Shown here: piece after piece, positions 1 to 10,653 of the stretch
Position numbering within the stretch: the first letter of the stretch is position 1
Layout of the letters: each line of letters begins with the position of its first letter
Sequence record: OZ035744.1
Reading direction: 5' to 3' (one strand)
Length of the DNA: 64,000 nt
Origin: Felixounavirus LF110P1
The notes under the pieces: generated by a model
Seen by the model: the letters and a program-made list of their open reading frames with translations, nothing else
The model's database searches: none
What the model was told of the DNA's origin: nothing
Program-made: the position numbers and the translations under genes

Positions 1-29
1 CTGAATAATTCTATTTGCGGAGGCGCTTA

Positions 30-1631
30 ATGGACTTAAATGCTGTTAAGCAGAAGCGAGTGGAAGATGTTAGGAAAGTCCTAGCTGGAGAGTTGGGGCT
101 TTCTGATGAAGTAAAAGAAATTATTAAATCATTCGGTAAAGACCCCTCTAAATTCCTTCCAACTCAAATTCTGACTTTATTAAGATACACACCAGACCAA
201 GTTCGCCTTATCTTTAAATTGATGACTGATAAGAACTATGTAGCCCCTCAGCCGGGTTCTCAAGAGGTCTTTTTAAATACTAATGCTGACTTGGTTCTCT
301 ATGGTGGTGCTGCTGGTGCTGGTAAGACTGCCGCATTGTTAATGGACTCTTTAAGATTTATTGAAGACCCTAACTATAATGCTGTATATTTCCGTCGAAA
401 TACAACACAGTTACAAGGTGGTTTATGGCCTGCTGCAAAGAAACTATTTGGTAAGTTTGGTGGGATTCCTCACGAGCAGAAAATGACTATCACATTCCCT
501 TCTGGGGCAACTATCAAGTTTACCTACCTAGAACTTGAAAAGCACGCTGAAGGTCATCAGGGTATTGAATACTCAGCTATTTACTTTGACGAAGGTACAC
601 ACTTCTCTGCTTCACAGATTTCATACCTACAAACCCGTCTACGTTCTGGTGCTGAAGGCGATTCATACATGAAGATTTCCATGAACCCAGACAGAGACCA
701 CTTTATTTACGATTGGGTAGAGCCATTCTTAGATGAAGAAGGCTACCCAGACCCTGAAAAATGTGGTCGTATTCGTTGGTATGTTATGAACGATGGTGTG
801 ATGGTTTCTGATTGGGAGAGAGACAAGATTCTTGAAATGTTCCCTCTTGAGATTCCTCAAACATACACCTTCATCTCTGGTACGATTGATGATAACCCAA
901 TTCTTGACTTCTTAGAACCTAAATATCGTGGTAAGTTGGAAAACAACACACCTGTAAACGTTGCAAGACTTCGTTTCGGTAACTGGAAGGCTCGTGCAGA
1001 AGGTTCAAACTATTGGCAAAGACAATGGTGTGAGATTGTTGATTCACTCCCAGAAGATGTGTTTGATGTCAGAGCATGGGACTTAGCAGCAACTTTACCA
1101 TCTGAGATTAACCCTAATCCAGACTGGACAGCAGGTGTTAAGATGGGTAAATCTAAAAAAGACGGTTGCTATTATATCATTGATGTAGTAAGATTTAGAG
1201 ATAGACCCTCTGGAGTCGAAACACAAATTAATTTGACTGCTGAAAGTGACGGTAAGCGAACTGGTATTTTTATCCCTCAAGACCCAGGCGCTGCTGGTAA
1301 ATCCTACGCAACATCCCTCATCAGGAAACTTGCCGAGAAAGGCTATCGTGCAAGAGCTAAACCAACAAATAAAGATAAAGTTACCCGATTTGCGGGGTTT
1401 TCTGCTGCTTCTGAAGCTGGACTTGTAAAAGTCTTGAGAGGTAGTTGGAATGAAGCTTACTTCCAAGAGCTTGAAGGCTTTTGTGGTGATGGTAAAACTA
1501 AAGATGACCAAGTGGATGCTACCAGTGATGCTTTCAACAGTCTTAACGAAGTTAAATTATTCAAGCCACCATCAATGGGTGCTCACACAGACTTAGTGAG
1601 AGGAAACCCATATGAGGGGCTTAGACGTTGA
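30..1631 (+). CDS. terL: Terminase large subunit; start uncertain (TTG at 15 or ATG at 30, the latter with a GGAGG RBS)
   Basis: Walker A P-loop LYGGAAGAGKT near the N-terminus; ~530 aa; first gene of the structural block, followed directly by the portal candidate. Confidence 0.8.
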   Translation: MDLNAVKQKRVEDVRKVLAGELGLSDEVKEIIKSFGKDPSKFLPTQILTLLRYTPDQVRLIFKLMTDKNYVAPQPGSQEVFLNTNADLVLYGGAAGAGKTAALLMDSLRFIEDPNYNAVYFRRNTTQLQGGLWPAAKKLFGKFGGIPHEQKMTITFPSGATIKFTYLELEKHAEGHQGIEYSAIYFDEGTHFSASQISYLQTRLRSGAEGDSYMKISMNPDRDHFIYDWVEPFLDEEGYPDPEKCGRIRWYVMNDGVMVSDWERDKILEMFPLEIPQTYTFISGTIDDNPILDFLEPKYRGKLENNTPVNVARLRFGNWKARAEGSNYWQRQWCEIVDSLPEDVFDVRAWDLAATLPSEINPNPDWTAGVKMGKSKKDGCYYIIDVVRFRDRPSGVETQINLTAESDGKRTGIFIPQDPGAAGKSYATSLIRKLAEKGYRARAKPTNKDKVTRFAGFSAASEAGLVKVLRGSWNEAYFQELEGFCGDGKTKDDQVDATSDAFNSLNEVKLFKPPSMGAHTDLVRGNPYEGLRR

Positions 1632-1648
1632 TAGCTAGGTGAAGAAGA

Positions 1649-3115
1649 ATGGCAGATATTACAGAAACACAAGAAAGCTTACCACCATTTAGAATGGGTG
1701 AAGTAGGTTCTTTGGGTCTGAAGGTTAAGAATGGAAGAATCTATGAAGAACCTCGTCAGGCACTAAGGTTCCCTGAAAGTATTAAAACTTTCCAATTAAT
1801 GATGCGTGACCCTGCTGTAGCAGCATCTGTAAATATTATTAAGATGTTTGTCAGAAAAGTCAACTGGAGATTCGTACCTCCAAAGGGAAAAGAGCAAGAC
1901 CCTAAAATGCTTGAAAGAGCAGACTTCTTTAATTCTTTAATGGATGACATGGAGCATGATTGGGCAGATTTTATTAATTCTGTAATGTCATTCTGCACTT
2001 ATGGGTTCTGTGTTAACGAGAAAGTTTATAAGAAGCGACAGGGTAAAAAAGGAAAGTACCAGTCAAAATTTGATGATGGTCTAATTGGATGGGCTAAATT
2101 ACCAATCAGAAACCAATCAACACTTGATAAGTGGTATTTTGACGAAGACTTTAGAAAAGTTACTGGTGTTAGACAGAATCTGAGAAATGTTTCACATATT
2201 GCTGGAGCAATTAATCTCGGAGAAAGGCCACTAACAAGAAAACTTCCACGAGCTAAATTCATGCTGTTTAAGTATGATGATGAATATGGAAACCCAGAAG
2301 GTCGTTCACCATTACTTAATGCCTATGTACCGTGGAAGTATAAAGTTCAGATTGAAGAGTACGAAGCCGTTGGTGTTTCAAGAGACTTGGTAGGTATGCC
2401 AAAGATTGGTTTACCACCAGATTATCTGGATGAAAATGCAGAACCTGAAAAGAAAGCTTTCGTACAATACTGCAAAACTGTTGTTAACGATATGATTGCT
2501 AATGATAGAGCAGGTTTAATCTGGCCTAGATATATCGACCCAGATACTAAAGAGGATATTTTCGAGTTCTCATTAGTTTCTAGACAGGGTGCTAAAGCAT
2601 ACGATACAGGTTCTATTATTGACAGATATTCCAAGCAGATTATGATGGCATTTATGTCAGATGTTCTTGCTATGGGTCAGTCAAAATATGGTTCATTCTC
2701 TCTTGCAGATTCTAAGACAAGCTTACTAGCGATGTCAGTAGATATTCTGCTGAAGCAAATTAAGAACGTAATTAACCGTGATTTAGTTGCACAGACTTAT
2801 GCTCTTAATATGTGGGACGATGAAGAACATGTACAAATCACATATGATGATATCGAAACTCCAGACCTTGAAGCAATTGGTTCTTATATCCAGAAGACTG
2901 TTGCAGTAGGTGCTTTGGAAGTTGACAAAGAGCTATCTAACAAGCTTAGAGAGCATATTGGTCTTCCTCCTGCTGATGAGTCTCAGCCAGTATCTGAAAA
3001 GCTTTCTCCAAATAGCCAAAGCCGTTCAGGAGATGGTTATAAGACCGCTGGAGAAGGTACTGCAAAGACACCTTCAGCGAAAGACCCAAGCACAGCAAAT
3101 AAGGCAAATAAATAA
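1649..3115 (+). CDS. Portal protein (putative)
   Basis: 488 aa ORF immediately downstream of the terminase in canonical head-module order; acidic, Ser/Thr-rich C-terminus. Confidence 0.6.
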   Translation: MADITETQESLPPFRMGEVGSLGLKVKNGRIYEEPRQALRFPESIKTFQLMMRDPAVAASVNIIKMFVRKVNWRFVPPKGKEQDPKMLERADFFNSLMDDMEHDWADFINSVMSFCTYGFCVNEKVYKKRQGKKGKYQSKFDDGLIGWAKLPIRNQSTLDKWYFDEDFRKVTGVRQNLRNVSHIAGAINLGERPLTRKLPRAKFMLFKYDDEYGNPEGRSPLLNAYVPWKYKVQIEEYEAVGVSRDLVGMPKIGLPPDYLDENAEPEKKAFVQYCKTVVNDMIANDRAGLIWPRYIDPDTKEDIFEFSLVSRQGAKAYDTGSIIDRYSKQIMMAFMSDVLAMGQSKYGSFSLADSKTSLLAMSVDILLKQIKNVINRDLVAQTYALNMWDDEEHVQITYDDIETPDLEAIGSYIQKTVAVGALEVDKELSNKLREHIGLPPADESQPVSEKLSPNSQSRSGDGYKTAGEGTAKTPSAKDPSTANKANK

Positions 3116-3615
3116 TGGCTGAAGTTATCTCTATTTCAAATGCTACACGAGTGCATTCGTATAGAGGTGTTCTTATCATTACTGACAAGTTATCTGTAGA
3201 GGCTGGCTCAAGGGTCAGCCTTTCAGGTTATGTAAGTGATGGTGGAACCTCTGACGTTTTCACTATTTGCAGGTTACTTGATGCTCCAATGAGTGGAAAA
3301 CCGTTTATTTCAGGAAATTGTAGTGAAATTGTTAAAATTCCATTTGACAGTTCATGCCTTTTGGGTGTAAAGTTATATAACTGCGAGAATAAACGTATCA
3401 ATGTTAATAGCATTGAAGCCGCTTTCATTACCCTCGACACTGCATTTCAATCTCCAATGACAGTTAATAAAGAAACAAACAGACTTGAATACATTTTTTC
3501 ACAAAATGATTACAAAGTACTTGTCAAAGGCAAAGTATATGATATGATTGTAAATGTGGTAGATGAATCTGGTAACCATTCAACAGTCCTTAAACAAAAA
3601 GTAAGGTTTAATTAA
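3115..3615 (+). CDS. Hypothetical protein (head-module accessory)
   Basis: 166 aa ORF start-overlapping the portal stop (ATGA-type coupling); no recognisable motif. Confidence 0.4.
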   Translation: MAEVISISNATRVHSYRGVLIITDKLSVEAGSRVSLSGYVSDGGTSDVFTICRLLDAPMSGKPFISGNCSEIVKIPFDSSCLLGVKLYNCENKRINVNSIEAAFITLDTAFQSPMTVNKETNRLEYIFSQNDYKVLVKGKVYDMIVNVVDESGNHSTVLKQKVRFN

Positions 3616-3947
3616 TGGGAACATTAACTATTGATGGTAAGAATAAAATCCTCGCCACGCTAACCCCAACGACTATTATTTTACACAATGTAGACCCAAC
3701 GGCAGACCCTACAGCAAATAAGGTTACTCAGCCAGTGGCTATTTATTTTTCTGAACCGGATAATGGCTTAATTGCCTCAGAAGATACAGTTAATATTACT
3801 GTTCCAGCTTCTGCAACGGTCTCACACTATAGCTTGTGGGATGCTAACGATAAATGCGTGGCAACTGGTGCTCTTAGCAAACCTCAATTCTTTGCTGAAG
3901 AAGGTATCTATGTTATCTCTTCAGTCTCTGTAGATTTAAACAAATAG
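3615..3947 (+). CDS. Hypothetical protein
   Basis: 110 aa ORF, coupled to the upstream ORF; no recognisable motif. Confidence 0.4.
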   Translation: MGTLTIDGKNKILATLTPTTIILHNVDPTADPTANKVTQPVAIYFSEPDNGLIASEDTVNITVPASATVSHYSLWDANDKCVATGALSKPQFFAEEGIYVISSVSVDLNK

Positions 3948-3958
3948 GGTGAGTAAAA

Positions 3959-5305
3959 ATGAGTTCGAATATCTTCAGACTTGCTGATAGATTATTCAAC
4001 CAACCTTTACTAGCCACTGAATCATTAGCTCACTCAGCAGCAACTTATGTGAATAACAGATTGCTGGGTGATGTCCAAGCAGCAGTAAACTTTGATAAAC
4101 CCAAAGGTGAAGCAAGAAGTCTTTTAAAAGTAAAAGATGACATTGCTATTATCCCTATTATGGGTGGTTTAACCCATCGTATGACATTCATTGATGCAAT
4201 GTGTACAGGTGGATTAAGTTCTTATGAAGGTTTGCGTAGAGGCTTTGACGAAGCTTTAGCAGATGAGTCAATCAAGACTATTGTTCTGCACATCGATTCT
4301 GGTGGTGGTGAAGCTTCAGGTTGCTTTGAATTAGCACGTCACATTATGGCTTCAAGAGGCCAAAAGAAAATTATTGCTTATGTAGATGAGTTCGCTTGTT
4401 CCGCTGCATACGCTCTTGCATCTTCTGCTGAAGAAATTATTGCATCACCAGATGCAGATGTTGGTTCTATTGGTGTAATTATGGTTCATCAGGAATTAAC
4501 TAAGGCATTTGAAAAGAATGGCGTAACAATTAACGTCATCAAAGCTGGTGAGTTTAAAGGTATGGGTTCACCATTCCAAGCACTCTCAGAAGAAAGCAAA
4601 GAAAGACTTCAAAAGAGAATTAATGATACCTACGCAACCTTTACAGGTTTTGTAGCCGAATCTCGTAATCTCTCTGAAGAAGCTGTAAAGAATACTGAGG
4701 CGAATGTTTATTCTGCTCAGGAAGCTCTTGAACTTGGTTTAATTAACTCAATCATGTCTCAAGATGATTTCTTAAATTACTTACAAGGTTCTGAAGAGGC
4801 TCCTGTAAGTTTAAACGTTAACAATTCAGGTGAAGAAATGACTGAACAAGAAAAGCAAGAACTAGAAGCTTTGCGTCTTCAGGTTGCTCAAATGAAAGCT
4901 AAAGAACAGGAAGCTGCTTTGTCAGATTTGACTAATAAGATTTCTGCTTCTGCTGAAGCTTTTGGATTTGATGCAAAAGAAGCTGCAACGACTATTTTAG
5001 GTGCTGGTCTTGACAACCCTCTGAGTGTTCTGTTTATGAATGCTATGGAAGGTGCTAACCAGAAACTTAATGAAACTATCGCGTCCCATGCTTCTGCAAT
5101 GGAAGAAAAAGAATCAGAAATCACCAAGCTGAAAGAAACTGCTGGTGCTGTTCTTGAACATTCCAACGCTATGGAAGAAGTGGGTAATGACGGCGAAGCT
5201 GATTTGGTTGAAGAAGAAAAAGAACCAGCTAAGAATGCTTCCGAAGACACCGCTGAACAACGCAAACTGGCTCTCCAGAATGCTCTAAAATCTCTTATCA
5301 AATAA
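3959..5305 (+). CDS. Prohead protease (S49/SppA-like) fused to a C-terminal scaffold-like coiled-coil domain
   Basis: IDSGGGEASG and EFACSAAYALA motifs typical of S49 peptidases; C-terminal ~170 aa is Ala/Glu/Lys-rich and helical. Confidence 0.75.
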   Translation: MSSNIFRLADRLFNQPLLATESLAHSAATYVNNRLLGDVQAAVNFDKPKGEARSLLKVKDDIAIIPIMGGLTHRMTFIDAMCTGGLSSYEGLRRGFDEALADESIKTIVLHIDSGGGEASGCFELARHIMASRGQKKIIAYVDEFACSAAYALASSAEEIIASPDADVGSIGVIMVHQELTKAFEKNGVTINVIKAGEFKGMGSPFQALSEESKERLQKRINDTYATFTGFVAESRNLSEEAVKNTEANVYSAQEALELGLINSIMSQDDFLNYLQGSEEAPVSLNVNNSGEEMTEQEKQELEALRLQVAQMKAKEQEAALSDLTNKISASAEAFGFDAKEAATTILGAGLDNPLSVLFMNAMEGANQKLNETIASHASAMEEKESEITKLKETAGAVLEHSNAMEEVGNDGEADLVEEEKEPAKNASEDTAEQRKLALQNALKSLIK

Positions 5306-5316
5306 GGAACACAATA

Positions 5317-5694
5317 ATGGCATATCAAGGTTTTACTAAGTTAGGTAACAGAGAACCTCTGAATGATATCATTCTTTGGGAACAGATTACCCCAACAGGC
5401 CACTCTCGTAAAGAGTACACTCCACAGGCATCTACAGAATATCGTGTAGGCGAGGTTCTGAAAGCAGATGGTACTAAGGTTACAGCAGGGCAAGAAGCTC
5501 AGGCTGATTCGGTATGTATCGTTAATTTCTACGCAGACCTGCAACTGTCTTACCACGGTCAGTTGAAAGTTGTTGGTATCCACCGTGATGCAGAACTAAA
5601 AGACCTGCTAATTCTTGAATCAAGCGTTAATGCTGATGAAGTCAAGAAAGCTCTGGCTGCTAAAGGTATTGATTTCGTACCAACTGGCCTGTAA
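5317..5694 (+). CDS. Putative head decoration or small head protein
   Basis: 125 aa ORF between the protease/scaffold and the major capsid candidate; assignment by position only. Confidence 0.35.
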   Translation: MAYQGFTKLGNREPLNDIILWEQITPTGHSRKEYTPQASTEYRVGEVLKADGTKVTAGQEAQADSVCIVNFYADLQLSYHGQLKVVGIHRDAELKDLLILESSVNADEVKKALAAKGIDFVPTGL

Positions 5695-5727
5695 TAACAA
5701 TAATAAGACATTCTGGAGAATTTTACA

Positions 5728-6840
5728 ATGTTGACTAATTCTGAAAAAAGCAGATTTTTCCTTGCTGACCTGACTGGTGAAGTCCAGTCTATCCCAAATA
5801 CTTATGGGTATATTTCCAACTTAGGTCTGTTCCGTTCAGCACCAATCACCCAAACTACTTTCCTGATGGACTTGACTGATTGGGATGTTAGCTTGCTTGA
5901 TGCGGTAGACCGTGATAGCCGTAAAGCAGAGACTAGCGCACCTGAGCGTGTTCGTCAAATCAGCTTCCCAATGATGTACTTCAAAGAAGTTGAAAGCATT
6001 ACTCCTGATGAGATTCAGGGTGTACGTCAGCCAGGCACTGCAAATGAACTGACTACTGAAGCTGTAGTACGTGCTAAGAAGCTGATGAAGATTCGTACCA
6101 AGTTCGATATTACTCGTGAGTTCCTGTTTATGCAAGCTCTGAAGGGTAAAGTTGTTGATGCTCGTGGTACTCTGTATGCTGACCTGTACAAGCAGTTCGA
6201 CGTTGAGAAGAAGACTATTCACTTTGACCTCGACAATCCTAATGCTGACATCGACGCTTCTATTGAAGAACTGCGTATGCACATGGAAGATGAAGCTAAG
6301 ACTGGCACTGTAATCAACGGTGAAGAAATTCACGTAGTTGTTGACCGTGTATTCTTCAGCAAACTGACTAAGCATCCTAAGATTCGTGACGCTTATCTTG
6401 CACAGCAGACTCCACTGGCTTGGCAGCAGATTACTGGTTCTCTGAGAACTGGTGGTACTGACGGCGTTCAGGCTCACATGAACACTTTCTACTACGGTGG
6501 TGTTAAGTTTGTCCAGTACAACGGTAAGTTCAAAGACAAGCGTGGTAAGGTTCACACTCTGGTTAGCATTGATGGTGTTACTCAGGATGGAACTGTAGGT
6601 GTAGGACATGCTTTCCCTAACGTTTCTATGCTGGGTGAAGCAAACAACATCTTCGAAGTGGCATATGGCCCATGTCCTAAGATGGGTTACGCGAATACAC
6701 TTGGTCAGGAACTGTACGTATTCGAATACGAAAAAGACCGTGACGAAGGTATCGACTTTGAAGCTCACTCTTACATGCTGCCATACTGTACTCGTCCTCA
6801 GTTGCTGGTAGATGTTCGTTCTGACGCTAAAGGCGAATAA
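5728..6840 (+). CDS. Major capsid protein (putative)
   Basis: 370 aa ORF after protease/scaffold; codon usage rich in highly expressed codons (many GGT, CGT, CTG). Confidence 0.6.
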   Translation: MLTNSEKSRFFLADLTGEVQSIPNTYGYISNLGLFRSAPITQTTFLMDLTDWDVSLLDAVDRDSRKAETSAPERVRQISFPMMYFKEVESITPDEIQGVRQPGTANELTTEAVVRAKKLMKIRTKFDITREFLFMQALKGKVVDARGTLYADLYKQFDVEKKTIHFDLDNPNADIDASIEELRMHMEDEAKTGTVINGEEIHVVVDRVFFSKLTKHPKIRDAYLAQQTPLAWQQITGSLRTGGTDGVQAHMNTFYYGGVKFVQYNGKFKDKRGKVHTLVSIDGVTQDGTVGVGHAFPNVSMLGEANNIFEVAYGPCPKMGYANTLGQELYVFEYEKDRDEGIDFEAHSYMLPYCTRPQLLVDVRSDAKGE

Positions 6841-6861
6841 TATTCTTAAGGAGGGTTATGA

Positions 6862-7311
6862 ATGTGTTATACAGGCGACCCAGCCAATAACCCTCTTGAT
6901 AGAGTAAGAATCCTCTGCACAGACACCAATAATGATGAAATTCTTATTGAACAGTCTGTGCTAGAGTGGTTCTATCTAGAATCTGGAAAGGATGAAAAGA
7001 AAGCAGCCATCAAAGCTCTTAAATATTTACTCTTTCAAGTAGCCAAGATGGGAGATGAGAAGGTTGGTGGTGTTTATTTACGTAACTCTTCCAGATTCAA
7101 ATCTCTGAAAGCTGTTTATGACGACCTTGTTAAAAGCTCTGTTTCAGGACTACCCTATGCAGGTGGTATTAATCAGTGTGATATTGACATGCGTCGTCAG
7201 AATCCTTGCTCTGTCAAGAAATACACAGAATATGGTGATGCTGCCAGATACGAAGGCAGAGATTACTGCAACCGTGTTAATGGCGTATTTATTATCGAGC
7301 GAGATGAATAA
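6862..7311 (+). CDS. Head-tail connector/head completion protein (putative)
   Basis: Position between capsid and tail genes; 149 aa. Confidence 0.35.
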   Translation: MCYTGDPANNPLDRVRILCTDTNNDEILIEQSVLEWFYLESGKDEKKAAIKALKYLLFQVAKMGDEKVGGVYLRNSSRFKSLKAVYDDLVKSSVSGLPYAGGINQCDIDMRRQNPCSVKKYTEYGDAARYEGRDYCNRVNGVFIIERDE

Positions 7312-7793
7312 TGGTTAAAAGGGTTATTCACCCCGCGAGAGCAAAATTAGTCGGGGCTATGAAGAACTTGCAGACGGCTAATGCTCAAGTTGGGTATTTT
7401 CAAGAACAAGGTCAACATAGCTCTGGTTTTTCTTATCCTGCTTTAATGTATTTACAAGAAGTTATTGGGGTTCCTTCAGCTTCTGGTAAAGTATATCGTA
7501 GGTTGTTTGAAATCACTATGATGCTAAACAAACAGACCTTGTTAGAGCAGACTAAGAAGAATCTATATAAGCAACTTAGCAGTCTCAATACAGACCCTTC
7601 AAATACCTTAGAAGCATTTGCAAAGAATACTCAAAAGGCAATTAAAAGGGGGTTTGGTAATTCTGCTATCCTTCCTCCTAACGCACCTTCCACAGTCAAG
7701 AAAAAAGGCTTTAACGCACCTCTTGTTGAGACAGGTGACTTAAGAGATAATCTTGCTTATAAAATTTCTACTAAGAAGGGTATTAAAAAATGA
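7311..7793 (+). CDS. Head-tail joining protein (putative)
   Basis: 160 aa, start overlaps upstream stop. Confidence 0.35.
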   Translation: MVKRVIHPARAKLVGAMKNLQTANAQVGYFQEQGQHSSGFSYPALMYLQEVIGVPSASGKVYRRLFEITMMLNKQTLLEQTKKNLYKQLSSLNTDPSNTLEAFAKNTQKAIKRGFGNSAILPPNAPSTVKKKGFNAPLVETGDLRDNLAYKISTKKGIKK

Positions 7794-8191
7794 GACTCTT
7801 AAACAGACACAGCTTTGTAGTAAAGCGTAAAGTCTCTGAAGATGGTTATTATAATGATGATGGTGATTGGGTAGCTTCGCAAGATATTGTAGAGGTTAAC
7901 TGCAAAGGTAATATCCAGCCATATATCAAAGGTTCTGTAAAGAATGGTACACAGATTGCTTTACCGGAAGGTATTAGGCTTACCGATACAAGAATCCTGT
8001 ATACCACATATAAACTTAGAACTTCAGATGATGTAGAGTGGAATGAGTCTGATATTGTTATGATTGATGGTCATGAGTATGAAGTATTTATGACTATGGA
8101 TTGGTCACAGCAATTAGCCCATACGTCCCATTATGAATATATCATTATTAGAAGGGATAAAATGAATGCAGTTAGAAACAGCAGAACTTGA
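7790..8191 (+). CDS. Neck/tail completion protein (putative)
   Basis: 133 aa, 4-nt overlap with upstream ORF. Confidence 0.35.
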   Translation: MRLLNRHSFVVKRKVSEDGYYNDDGDWVASQDIVEVNCKGNIQPYIKGSVKNGTQIALPEGIRLTDTRILYTTYKLRTSDDVEWNESDIVMIDGHEYEVFMTMDWSQQLAHTSHYEYIIIRRDKMNAVRNSRT

Positions 8192-8765
8192 AAAAGGTCT
8201 AGTTAGAACCTTAGTGGATGTTATTGGTCACAGACTAGCTCGTGATAAAAATAATAGACCGAATGTAATTAGAGCTTACCCTTCTGATAACTCAAATGAC
8301 AAAGGTTTAAAACCTGACCAGCCATTTATTACCGTATATTGTCAAGATGCTGCAACACCTTATGGTTGGGTTCTTGATAAGTTTGTTGAGGATGATGTAG
8401 TTTGCTACAGAATTGCTTTTCAGATTCCAGTATTAATTACGGTGAATGGTAAAGGTGCTCACAGTATTATGCTTGAGCTTAAACAACGATTAGAGATGAG
8501 TTCAGTCAGGGATTTAATTCTTGAAGAGACAGGAGCTACAGTACTAGACACTGGAGCCATCCCAAATGACTACACTTATCTCAATACAGATTTCGAAAAT
8601 TCTGCGCCTCTTGTTGTAACTCTTGTAAAAAATTCAGTCCTGAAAGATGAACGTGGAAGTATTATTGAGCGTGTCATTGTTGATGGTGAGTTGGTTTATG
8701 AAGAAGGACAAGAGCCACCAGAATATACTATCCATCTAGATGTAGACTCCAAAGGGGTAAAATAA
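8166..8765 (+). CDS. Tail completion/terminator protein (putative)
   Basis: 199 aa, position immediately before the sheath candidate. Confidence 0.35.
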   Translation: MQLETAELEKGLVRTLVDVIGHRLARDKNNRPNVIRAYPSDNSNDKGLKPDQPFITVYCQDAATPYGWVLDKFVEDDVVCYRIAFQIPVLITVNGKGAHSIMLELKQRLEMSSVRDLILEETGATVLDTGAIPNDYTYLNTDFENSAPLVVTLVKNSVLKDERGSIIERVIVDGELVYEEGQEPPEYTIHLDVDSKGVK

Positions 8766-10118
8766 ATGTGGAATCCAATTGTTAATGTAGATATTACATT
8801 GAACACCGCAGGAACTACAAGAGAAGGTTTTGGTTTGCCACTATTCTTAGCTTCAACAGATAACTTTGAAGAAAGAGTCCGTGGTTATACTTCCTTAACT
8901 GAAGTTGCTGAAGATTTCGATGAAAACTCTGCTGCATATAAGGCTGCTAAACAACTTTGGAGTCAGACTCCTAAAGTAACTCAGCTTTATATTGGTAGAC
9001 GTGCTATGCAGTACACTGTATCAATTCCTAATGCTGTTACTGAAAGTACAGACTACTCAATTACTGTAGCTGCTGGCGGTGGAATTTCTCAACCATACCA
9101 GTACACAGCAGTGGAATCAGACACTGCTGAGAAAGTTTTGCAACAGTTTAAAACACAGATTGAAGCTGACCCAACAATCAAAGATAAGGTTTCTGTGAAC
9201 GTAACTGGTAGCAATGGCTCTGCCACAATGATTATTACCAAAGCTGGTGATAATGACTTTGTGAAAGTAACAACCACAGCACAGACTGTGTATATTGCAA
9301 GTACAACTGCCGATACAGCATCAACTGCTCTGGCAGCTATCGAAGCTTACTCTACTGACTGGTATTTCATTGCAGCAGAAGACAGAACTCAACAGTTTGT
9401 CTTAGCAATGGCTTCTGAGATTCAGGCTCGCAAGAAAATCTTCTTTACAGCTAACTCCGATGTAACAGCCCTGCAAGGTACAGAATTAGCCAGTGCAAAT
9501 GATGTTCCAGCACAGCTTGCTAAGAGTATGTACACTCGTACAGTTTGCTTGTGGCATCACGCAGCAGCAGAAGACTATCCAGAGATGGCATACATTGCTT
9601 ATGGTGCTCCATATGATGCAGGTTCAATTGCTTGGGGTAATGCTCAGCTAACTGGTGTAGCAGCTTCTCTACAACCATCTAATCAGAGACCTCTGACAAG
9701 TATTCAGAAGTCTGCTTTAGATGTACGTCACTGTAACTTTATTGACCTTGATGGTGGTGTTCCAGTGGTTCGTAGAGGGATTACTTCTGGTGGGGAATGG
9801 ATTGATATCGTCCGTGGTGTTGACTGGTTAGAATCAGACCTGAAAACTTCTCTGAGAGACTTGCTAATTAACCAGAAGGGTGGTAAGATTACTTATGATG
9901 ATACTGGTATTACACGTATTCGTCAAGTCATTGAAACCTCTCTACAAAGAGCAGTCAACAGAAACTTCCTGTCATCTTACACAGTTAATGTTCCTAAAGC
10001 CTCTCAAGTTGCTTTGGCAGACAAGAAAGCTCGTATCCTGAAAGATGTTACCTTCGCAGGTATCTTAGCAGGGGCTATCTTGGATGTTGACTTGAAAGGT
10101 ACAGTGGCTTACGAATAA
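8766..10118 (+). CDS. Tail sheath protein (putative)
   Basis: 450 aa ORF followed by a 148 aa ORF, two chaperone-like ORFs and the tape measure: the usual contractile-tail gene order. Confidence 0.5.
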   Translation: MWNPIVNVDITLNTAGTTREGFGLPLFLASTDNFEERVRGYTSLTEVAEDFDENSAAYKAAKQLWSQTPKVTQLYIGRRAMQYTVSIPNAVTESTDYSITVAAGGGISQPYQYTAVESDTAEKVLQQFKTQIEADPTIKDKVSVNVTGSNGSATMIITKAGDNDFVKVTTTAQTVYIASTTADTASTALAAIEAYSTDWYFIAAEDRTQQFVLAMASEIQARKKIFFTANSDVTALQGTELASANDVPAQLAKSMYTRTVCLWHHAAAEDYPEMAYIAYGAPYDAGSIAWGNAQLTGVAASLQPSNQRPLTSIQKSALDVRHCNFIDLDGGVPVVRRGITSGGEWIDIVRGVDWLESDLKTSLRDLLINQKGGKITYDDTGITRIRQVIETSLQRAVNRNFLSSYTVNVPKASQVALADKKARILKDVTFAGILAGAILDVDLKGTVAYE

Positions 10119-10133
10119 TAGAGGTAAATTGGA

Positions 10134-10580
10134 ATGGCTATGTATCAGCAATATTCCCCTAAAGACGTTGTATGTAGCTGGAATGGTATTGCCATTGAAG
10201 GCTTTGCCCCAGATTCATTCTTGCGTCTACAGAGAACATCACCGCTTGTGACACCAGTTGTTGGTGCAGGTGGTCAAGTTGCTCTGACAAGAAATGCAGA
10301 CAAGACAGGTACTATTGAGATTGAGTTAATGCAGACTTCTCTCTCTAACCAGATGCTTTCTGCAATTCAAGCTAAACAAGACAATATGGAACTTGAAGAA
10401 GATATCTCTTCTAACTTCGTAATCTACGACCCATCAGGCTCTGTTCTGGCAACTGGTATTAATGCTTGGTTGCAGGAATTACCACAGATTGAACTTGGTC
10501 GTGACCAGAACTCTAAAACTTGGATTTTTGGTTGTGAGAAGCTAGACTACACTTCTACAATTCCAGCGTCAAGTGTTTAA
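10134..10580 (+). CDS. Tail tube protein (putative)
   Basis: 148 aa; followed by a strong hairpin plus T-run terminator. Confidence 0.5.
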   Translation: MAMYQQYSPKDVVCSWNGIAIEGFAPDSFLRLQRTSPLVTPVVGAGGQVALTRNADKTGTIEIELMQTSLSNQMLSAIQAKQDNMELEEDISSNFVIYDPSGSVLATGINAWLQELPQIELGRDQNSKTWIFGCEKLDYTSTIPASSV

Positions 10581-10592
10581 TAAATCCTATAA

Positions 10593-10626
10593 GGGGGAGA
10601 CTTTAAAAGGTCTTCCCCTTTTTTGT
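10593..10626 (+). terminator. Rho-independent terminator after the tube gene
   Basis: GGGGGAGAC ... GTCTTCCCC stem followed by TTTTTTGTTT. Confidence 0.6.
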
Positions 10627-10653
10627 TTCTTTTAAAAGTATTAAGGAATCACA

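Noticed and set aside
1095-1511. 138-aa minus-strand ORF and 60-aa plus-strand ORF inside the terminase gene
   Set aside because: Embedded in or antisense to the terminase coding frame; no independent support.
5836-6768. 310-aa minus-strand ORF inside the major capsid gene
   Set aside because: Fully antisense to a strongly supported plus-strand structural gene, with low-complexity composition and no RBS context; a typical shadow ORF.
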